The notes under the pieces: generated by a model | Told to the model about the DNA's origin: nothing | What the model saw: the letters and a program-made list of their open reading frames with translations, nothing else | The model's database searches: none | From: Planctomycetota bacterium | GTDB lineage: Bacteria > Planctomycetota > UBA1135 > GCA-002748355 | Assembly (NCBI GenBank): GCA_002748355.1 | Contig: PDSF01000027.1 | Coordinates: 130,414-194,413, forward strand | Direction: 5' to 3' | DNA: 64,000 bases | Shown here: piece after piece, positions 58,125-64,000 of the stretch | Position numbering within the stretch: the first letter of the stretch is position 1 | Layout: the number at the start of each line of letters is the position of its first letter | Translations under genes and position numbers: made by a program

Positions 58125-59375
58125 CTACTGTCCCAAGAGGTAGAGCCCGGTCAGGACTCCGACAAGCAAGAGAAGCCCAGCGATAGCAAGGATGACCTGA
58201 AGGGTATCGCTGCGGCGCTTCCGGCTGACAGCAGGTGCCGGAGCCGGTTCGGGAGCCTTCGGCTTCGCTCCTGGGATCGGCTTCTTCGGCGCTGCCGGTT
58301 TCGGCGCCGCGGGCTTGGGTTCCTCTGGAAGCATCCACTCATCTGCCAGCTCGAAGATCTCCGTCTCAGCTTCGGCTTCGCTTGAAGGCTCGGCTTCGAC
58401 CAAGACCTTCGGCTCAGCTTCTTCCTCGGCCACGAGCAAAGCTTCGACGTTCTGCTCAGCCTTAGGCTTAGCTTCAGGGCTAGGCTCAAGGTCCTGCCCT
58501 AGTTCGGCCTCAGCGGCAGCCTCAACCTCCTTGAGCTGCTCCGCTCCCAACTCTGCTTCGGCCACGCTCTCCGCAACAGCCTCTTCCTCCGCCTCGACCG
58601 GGGCCTCCGAGTTCGGCAGCGATAGCCGAGCTGGGGCCGGCGGCCCCTCGGAGAGCTGGAGAGGCTCCTGGGCCAGCAGGTCTAGAAGGGAGGGTTTCTC
58701 GGCTGAGGGCGCGGCATCTTCCTGGACTAAGGCGTCCTTGTTGAGCGGCTGCGGTTCCCGGGGCGGCAAGGGCTCGGCCACCGGCAACGGCCGTGGGTTG
58801 CCAGCCGAACGAGCGAGAGCACTCGGGGACCCAAGGCTGGCAGACTCTTGCGTCTCGATTTCCCAGGAGACGAAGTCCATCTCCTCGCCCTCACTCTGCG
58901 CCGGCTCTTCCCTATCACTCTGTACCTGCAGCTGGACCTCGTCGATGTCCCAGCGCTCACATTCAGCGGAAAGCTCAAAAGGCACAGCAAGCAAGGGCTT
59001 CCTGCTGCGGGCCGGACCAAGTCCCAGTTCGCGACGGACACGTGTCCAAGCCGCCGCTTCTCGCGACTGCCGCAGGCGACGATCCACCACCGGCACAGCC
59101 TCCGAACAGGAGAAAGGCAGGGGCTCGGGCTGGACCGCTTCCGCTTCCGCTTCGGGCAGCCCCACCGGCTCTGGCTCGACAAAACCTTGCTCAGATTCCA
59201 GCTCGGCCAGCTCCGCTTCCTCTTGGAAAGGCAAGACGGCACTCGACTCCGGAAGCGCGCTCTCCGCGTTCTCCTCACTGGAGACGGGCGGGCCCCCCAG
59301 CCCTAACTCGCCCGTGGCGAGCCGCAATCGCGGCTCTTCCAGGAGCGCCCATGCGACGGCACGTGAACTCTGCAT
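58125..59375 (-). CDS. tail-anchored, highly acidic Glu/Pro/Ala-rich protein (unknown function)
   Basis: 416 aa of low complexity (EAEAE, KPAAPKPAAPKKP) ending in one TM helix, LQVILAIAGLLLLVGVLTGLYLLGQ. It lies co-directionally downstream of queF. Confidence 0.5.
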   Translation of the reverse strand: MQSSRAVAWALLEEPRLRLATGELGLGGPPVSSEENAESALPESSAVLPFQEEAELAELESEQGFVEPEPVGLPEAEAEAVQPEPLPFSCSEAVPVVDRRLRQSREAAAWTRVRRELGLGPARSRKPLLAVPFELSAECERWDIDEVQLQVQSDREEPAQSEGEEMDFVSWEIETQESASLGSPSALARSAGNPRPLPVAEPLPPREPQPLNKDALVQEDAAPSAEKPSLLDLLAQEPLQLSEGPPAPARLSLPNSEAPVEAEEEAVAESVAEAELGAEQLKEVEAAAEAELGQDLEPSPEAKPKAEQNVEALLVAEEEAEPKVLVEAEPSSEAEAETEIFELADEWMLPEEPKPAAPKPAAPKKPIPGAKPKAPEPAPAPAVSRKRRSDTLQVILAIAGLLLLVGVLTGLYLLGQ

Positions 59376-59420
59376 ATCCCCCCCTAACTAGCCAGGGAGG
59401 CTAGCAGGCCAAGGCAGGGA

Positions 59421-59783
59421 CTACCAGGGCTCCTCACCCTGCTGCACCCGCACCGTCGTGCCGATGCCACCGCGCACGTAGAACTCGGCCTCGATCTCGA
59501 AGAAGCGCGGGGATAGGCCCCCGATCAGATCCTTTGCAATCCGCCCCGTGACGTCTTCGTGAAAAGCTCCCTCGTCCCGGAAGCTCCACAGGTAGAGCTT
59601 CAAGGACTTGAGTTCGACACAGCGCTGATCCGGCACATAGCGGATCTTGATCCTCGCGAAGTCCGGCTGCCCGGTCATGGGACAGACGCAGGTAAACTCC
59701 GGGCAGTCGAAACGCACCTCGTAACTGGTGTCCGGATGCGGGTTATCGAAATACTCAAGATCACGTGAGGGCTTCGTGCTCAT
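59421..59783 (-). CDS. queF: NADPH-dependent 7-cyano-7-deazaguanine (preQ0) reductase
   Basis: FDCPEFTCVCPMTGQPDFARIKIRYVPDQRCVELKSLKLYLWSFRDEGAFHE is the unimodular QueF type. Confidence 0.9.
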   Translation of the reverse strand: MSTKPSRDLEYFDNPHPDTSYEVRFDCPEFTCVCPMTGQPDFARIKIRYVPDQRCVELKSLKLYLWSFRDEGAFHEDVTGRIAKDLIGGLSPRFFEIEAEFYVRGGIGTTVRVQQGEEPW

Positions 59784-59843
59784 AGGTCACCAGGCAATGA
59801 AATCAACGGCCGAGCAGGGCGGGCATCCAAGCATGCAAACGCA

Positions 59844-60833
59844 TCAAGACCCGCGCAGAGCCGCGAAGAGCTGTTCGAAACGCAGCTCGGACATACAGAC
59901 CGGCCCGCGAGGATGCTCACAATGCCGTCGAAGGCAAGGACGGCATTCGAGTTCCATGTCAGCGACGAGAACATCCTCAGCAAAGGGCCCGGTTCGGGCA
60001 GGATCCTGGGGGCCGAAAACGAAACGAGTATCTACACCCGTAGCCCGCAGCACATGAAGCGCACCGCTGTCATGGCCAAGGGCTCGGCCCTGGCGCTGGC
60101 GGAGCAAGGCGCCGACGGCGACGAGTTCGGCAATATCGCCGCCCTGCCGCAAACAGGGGATACCAGCCGGCACATGGAGCGAGCGCTCTCCCGGGCCCGC
60201 AAGCAAAAACGCTGCAGGCCCCAAGGCCTGCGCCAAATCCTCGAGCAACGGCCCCGGGATACGGCGCGGGTCACCGGGCTGACCAAGCACAAGCGCATAC
60301 TTCGCCTCTGGCGCCAGGAGCCGTCTCAACCTAGCCACCTCAGCCTCGCGCGCCTTTAAGAAGGGCGGAAGCGGAAGATCTGCCGCACCAAGTTTCTCGC
60401 CGAGCGCATGGGCCACGACGCCGAGACTGCGCGCCAGCACGTGAGGATCCTCACAATTGGGGGCGCGCTCGTCGCTAAAGAGCAGGTTGCTGCGCTCGCG
60501 AACATCCCCAGCTCCCAACCCGATAATGCAATCGGCCCCGAGACCCGAGGCAACGAAACCGCTCTTGGCATTGCCCTGTAGGTCGCAGACAAGGTCATAT
60601 TGCGCCCCCAAGCCCCGCAGAGCGAAGCGCCCCAAGAGCCCACGCCGCCAAACATGCACCTGCAGAGGAAAGGCCAGCTGCTCGAGTAAGCTCGCGCAGC
60701 GCTCCTCGACGAGCCAGCCCACCTGATGCCCGCGCGCCACCAGCCCCGCCGCGATAGGGAGGGCAATCGCGACATCCCCGAGACTCGAGAGCCGAATCAG
60801 CAGCACCGAGGGGAGCGGCCCGCCCGCCCTCAT
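59844..60833 (-). CDS. glycosyltransferase family 9 (heptosyltransferase-like)
   Basis: SVLLIRLSSLGDVAIALP start and a HDSGALH-type C-terminal region. Confidence 0.75.
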   Translation of the reverse strand: MRAGGPLPSVLLIRLSSLGDVAIALPIAAGLVARGHQVGWLVEERCASLLEQLAFPLQVHVWRRGLLGRFALRGLGAQYDLVCDLQGNAKSGFVASGLGADCIIGLGAGDVRERSNLLFSDERAPNCEDPHVLARSLGVVAHALGEKLGAADLPLPPFLKAREAEVARLRRLLAPEAKYALVLGQPGDPRRIPGPLLEDLAQALGPAAFLLAGPGERSLHVPAGIPCLRQGGDIAELVAVGALLRQRQGRALGHDSGALHVLRATGVDTRFVFGPQDPARTGPFAEDVLVADMELECRPCLRRHCEHPRGPVCMSELRFEQLFAALRGS

Positions 60834-62362
60834 TGCCGCCTCTCAAAGAGTCGCAGCTCGCCCCTGTAGCGCCGCACGCTGAGGATCAACTCGTAGCCAG
60901 CCGGAGCATCCCAAAGCTCCTGCGACTGCGACTCCATCACCAGGTAGCGTCCAAGCAGTGGCCTGGCCTTACTCGGGAATTCGTGATTGTCCGCCCGCTC
61001 ACCCAGCAGCCAAATCAAGATGGGTGGCACGTGGTGATAGAGGGAGACTCGTGCTTCGCCAGTCCTCTGGAGAATCCTCTCTGCGACCGCCCTATCGCCC
61101 CGAGGTGGCGTAGTATTGCGCTCGCGTTTGTCCAAGCACTCGACGGCGCCCATCAAGACCGAGAGGGCGAGCATCGGCCCAAGCAAGCCTCTGCGCACAA
61201 ACAGAAGAGCTCCGGCCAGGACGCAGGCCAAGGGGGTCCAGAACACCCAAGTCGCCCCCCAGATCCACAGGGCCAGAGCCAAGAGCAGCAGCCCCGCCAC
61301 CAACCAGGGCCGCAGGCGCTGCAGCCGAGGAAGCTCCAACTCCAGCCAGGGTCCGCTGGCATGCGCCAGCCAGAAAAGCAGCGGCGCAATACCCGGCAGA
61401 GCATAGCGAGTCGGTCGATGTGGAAAGAAAGCCAGCAGGGCAAAAGCCCCCAGCCCAGCAACGAGCAGGAGTCGCAGCTCGGGGCGCTTCACCGAGCGCT
61501 GCCGCCAAGGCAGCACCAGCAGCAGAGGCAGGGTCAAGAGCGTCATCTTGACGAAATCGCCGGGGATCTCGAACAAGTCACCCCAGGTGAAAAACCCCGT
61601 GCGCCCGACACTCTCTGCCGCCGCGGTGCTCGCGAGTTCCGAGGCCTCGGGCCAGAGCAGCAAAGCCCAGCCCGCCATCGGCAAAAGATGAACGGCAAAC
61701 ATGGTCAAAGTGCGTGCGAACCCGAGACTCCGCCACGCAAGGATCCATGCTGGCAACAGGCTGAGATAGAGCGGTGGCCCCTTGCTCAGCAGCGCGCAGC
61801 CTGCGAGCAGTCCGCAGAGGATGCTCCACGCCCATGCCCTCCCCACTTCGGCCTGATGGGCAGCCCGCGACGCAAGCAGCAAGGCCAGCAACGCCAGTCC
61901 AATCAAGGCGGCGAAGGGCCCGTCGATCTCAGCCGAAACCGCGAAAGACAGCAAGATCGGGTGGATGGCAAAGAGCAACGCAGCAGCGAAGGCGTAACTC
62001 GGCCCCCTCCAATGCCCACAAGCTGAGCCATAGCTTGGCCCCGGGCGCCCAAAACCGAGCCCAGTCAAGTAGACCGCAGCGACCAGCAGGGAATGCAAGA
62101 GCGCCGCCGGCAGCCGTGCCGCGAGAATGCTCTCACCAAAGAGGGCGAAGCTGGCCGCCTGCATCCAGTAATGCAGCGGCGGCTTGGTCAGGGTGACTTC
62201 GCCGCCCAGATGCGGCACGAGATAATCGCCCGTCCACAGCATTTCACGGGCGATGCCGGCGCGCCGCACTTCGGTCCCGGTCCAGTCGCTGGCCTGCGCC
62301 AGCAGCAAAGCAAGCGCAAAGGTCAGGGCAAAGAGCAGAGCTGCTTTCAGCCAAGAACTCAC
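60830..62362 (-). CDS. GT-C fold glycosyltransferase, ArnT/PMT-like (GT39/GT83)
   Basis: EVRRAGIAREMLWTGDYLVPHLGGEVTLTKPPLHYW and a polytopic membrane protein. It overlaps both neighbours by 4 nt. Confidence 0.75.
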   Translation of the reverse strand: MSSWLKAALLFALTFALALLLAQASDWTGTEVRRAGIAREMLWTGDYLVPHLGGEVTLTKPPLHYWMQAASFALFGESILAARLPAALLHSLLVAAVYLTGLGFGRPGPSYGSACGHWRGPSYAFAAALLFAIHPILLSFAVSAEIDGPFAALIGLALLALLLASRAAHQAEVGRAWAWSILCGLLAGCALLSKGPPLYLSLLPAWILAWRSLGFARTLTMFAVHLLPMAGWALLLWPEASELASTAAAESVGRTGFFTWGDLFEIPGDFVKMTLLTLPLLLVLPWRQRSVKRPELRLLLVAGLGAFALLAFFPHRPTRYALPGIAPLLFWLAHASGPWLELELPRLQRLRPWLVAGLLLLALALWIWGATWVFWTPLACVLAGALLFVRRGLLGPMLALSVLMGAVECLDKRERNTTPPRGDRAVAERILQRTGEARVSLYHHVPPILIWLLGERADNHEFPSKARPLLGRYLVMESQSQELWDAPAGYELILSVRRYRGELRLFERRQ

Positions 62363-63132
62363 GACTCGCCGTCACCTTTGCCGGTCTCTTGCTCCGCCCG
62401 CAGCTCATAGAGGACAAGCCGGGTGCGCAGCCAGCGCAAGCCAAAGACGTCGCGCAGCGCCCGCAGTGCCCGGTTGCTGACTCCATACTTCGCCGTGCCG
62501 GCATGCCGCTCGCGGTGATTGACATCGATCTCGGTGACCCGTCCCCCCACCATGCGCGCAAGAGTCGGCAAGAAGCGGTGCATACCGTGAAAGCGCGGCA
62601 TGCGCCGAAACAGCTGGCGACGGAAGCCTTTGAGCCCACAGGCAGAGTCCACGACGTGATCGCCGGTCAGCCAGTTGCGGATGCGGTTGGCGATCTTCGA
62701 GCTCACCCGGCGAATCCAGCGATCTTTGCGCTTGGCACGGATGCCACTCACGGCGTCCCAATCGCCACTCTCAATACCACGGAGGATGCGGTCGAAGTCG
62801 CGCGGATCGTTCTGCAGATCCCCGTCCATCATCAGCAGGACGGGAGCCCGCGCCTGATCGAAGCCCGCACACAGCGCCGTACTCTGCCCCCGGTTCTCCC
62901 GCAGGCTCAGCACACGCAGCCAAGGGCGCTCGCCACTCGCAGCGAGCAAGAGCTCCCGCGTCCCATCCGTAGAGCCATCGTCGACGAGAAGGCACTCGAA
63001 CTGCGACGCCAGCGCCGGCAGCACCTCATCCAGTTCGGCCAGGAGGGCCGCTACGTTTTCCTCTTCGTTGTAGAGGGGAACGACGAGACTGAAGCGAAGG
63101 GACTCATCGAGGGGGGCCGGAGACTCAAGCAT
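62359..63132 (-). CDS. GT2 polyprenol-phosphate glycosyltransferase (ArnC/DPM1-like)
   Basis: FSLVVPLYNEEENV, LLVDDGSTDGT, and MMDGDLQNDP. I chose the ATG at 63132 (MLESPAPLDE...). Confidence 0.8.
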   Translation of the reverse strand: MLESPAPLDESLRFSLVVPLYNEEENVAALLAELDEVLPALASQFECLLVDDGSTDGTRELLLAASGERPWLRVLSLRENRGQSTALCAGFDQARAPVLLMMDGDLQNDPRDFDRILRGIESGDWDAVSGIRAKRKDRWIRRVSSKIANRIRNWLTGDHVVDSACGLKGFRRQLFRRMPRFHGMHRFLPTLARMVGGRVTEIDVNHRERHAGTAKYGVSNRALRALRDVFGLRWLRTRLVLYELRAEQETGKGDGES

Positions 63133-63369
63133 GCGTAGACGGTGCGCGTAAGAAGGCAAGGAAGCGCACAGTCTGAAGCTCGCGTCCCAGCGACGCGAGC
63201 CTCGAAGCACCAAAGCCCAAAAGCATGCCGGGAAAACGCCCTACACCAGGGCAGCGGCCGCCCAGGCTCGCGAAAAGCGCAGAGCAAGCCAGGAAGGGTT
63301 ACGGCCTTATGGCCCAATCGGGGACCCGCAGCAGCGTCTTCTCGCAGCGAGCCGATTCCCGGCAGCCAG

Positions 63370-63750
63370 CTAGCCCTCCGCCAGCACCTCGTTGGCGACT
63401 TCGAGGATCTTGCTCGGGCTAAACGGCTTGGTCATGTAGGCGTTGGCCCCGGCCTCGATCCCGAGGGTCCGATCCGATTCCTGCCCCTTGGCGGTCAAGA
63501 GCACCAGGTGGACATCGACAAGACTCTCGTCCTCGCGCACCGCCCGCACGACGTCATAGCCGTTCATTTTCGGCATCATGACATCGAGGAAAACGAGCCT
63601 GGGATGGTGCTCCTTGATCAGCGCCAGGGCCTGCTCACCATCTCGCGCTTCGAGCACCTGGTGCTGCCCCTTCTGCAAAACGAAGGACAGGGAGCGAAGA
63701 ATGAAGGGTTCGTCGTCGACGACCAGGACTTGTTTGCCAGCCACCACCAC
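63370..63750 (-). CDS. single-domain response regulator (CheY-like receiver)
   Basis: VLVVDDEPFIL, LVFLDVMMPKMNG, and LLTAKG. Confidence 0.85.
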   Translation of the reverse strand: MVVAGKQVLVVDDEPFILRSLSFVLQKGQHQVLEARDGEQALALIKEHHPRLVFLDVMMPKMNGYDVVRAVREDESLVDVHLVLLTAKGQESDRTLGIEAGANAYMTKPFSPSKILEVANEVLAEG

Positions 63751-63756
63751 GTCTCC

Positions 63757-64000
63757 TCATTCCCCAGAAGAATCCGCTGGGAGCACTTCCGCCACGAGTA
63801 CCGTAACATCGTCGTGCGCCGAATCGCCGCCCGTACGCTTATTGATTGCCATCAGTATCCCTTCGAGCACCTCGTTCGCAGTGCAACCGCGAAGCCCATC
63901 CAGGATCCGGACCAGCCCCTCTTCCTCGAGCAGCTCGCCAACCCGGTCCGGCGCTTCCGTCACTCCGTCCGTATAGAGAATGACGAGATCGCCGGGCTCG
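63757..64000 (-). CDS. PP2C/SpoIIE-family serine phosphatase, C-terminal part (gene runs off the right edge)
   Basis: GDLVILYTDGVTEA...DDVTVLVAEV is the typical RsbU/SpoIIE C-terminus. Confidence 0.7.
   Translation of the reverse strand, partial: EPGDLVILYTDGVTEAPDRVGELLEEEGLVRILDGLRGCTANEVLEGILMAINKRTGGDSAHDDVTVLVAEVLPADSSGE

Noticed and set aside
58315-59391. 358-aa Ser-rich plus-strand ORF
   Set aside because: It lies opposite the acidic tail-anchored ORF. I favour the minus frame because of its C-terminal TM helix, its Lys/Pro linker and its co-orientation with queF. This call is less secure than the others.

Overview
This is a visibly GC-rich bacterial chromosomal segment; GC was not computed. 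The cell envelope looks Gram-negative, given the secretin, RND efflux pump, GT9 heptosyltransferase and ArnT-like GT-C. Coding density is high and most genes lie on the minus strand. By eye I saw no rRNA, CRISPR array, transposase, integrase or phage gene. Left to right the window holds: pyrB (5' part, not in the ORF track); pilT, a TM-PDZ protein, coaX and a short MnmE-like GTPase; rne/rng, rplU, rpmA and obg; a type IV pilus pilM-pilN-(pilO/pilP-like fusion)-pilQ block; recR, rpoN(1), truA, hpf, ptsN and an HPr-like gene; SRP RNA with dnaX, ybaB and recR; two tRNA-Ser genes; tadA; an N-acetylornithine-type carbamoyltransferase; an SDR divergent from a serine-palmitoyltransferase-like oxoamine synthase; dnaE; and a TetR-MFP-RND efflux operon. 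An accessory-looking stretch follows at about 35.3-42.2 kb. It carries a tandem-duplicated cassette for two paralogous secreted proteins of unknown family, a low-GC DenV-like pyrimidine-dimer glycosylase, and an orphan single-module NRPS. After it come a complete F1Fo operon (atpZ-I-B-E-F-H-A-G-D-C), an hslU with no adjacent hslV, and a second rpoN. The window ends with a metallophosphoesterase, two secreted proteins (one with a CXXCH motif), a tail-anchored acidic protein, queF, a translationally coupled GT2/GT-C/GT9 trio, a response regulator and a partial PP2C phosphatase. The best candidates for something new are the duplicated secreted-protein cassette, the orphan NRPS module, the secreted CXXCH/TIM-barrel pair, the non-canonical pilus alignment genes, the RNase E/G with a large charged insert, and the two sigma-54 paralogs. 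All functional calls rest on motif and sequence recognition by eye. No searches were run.
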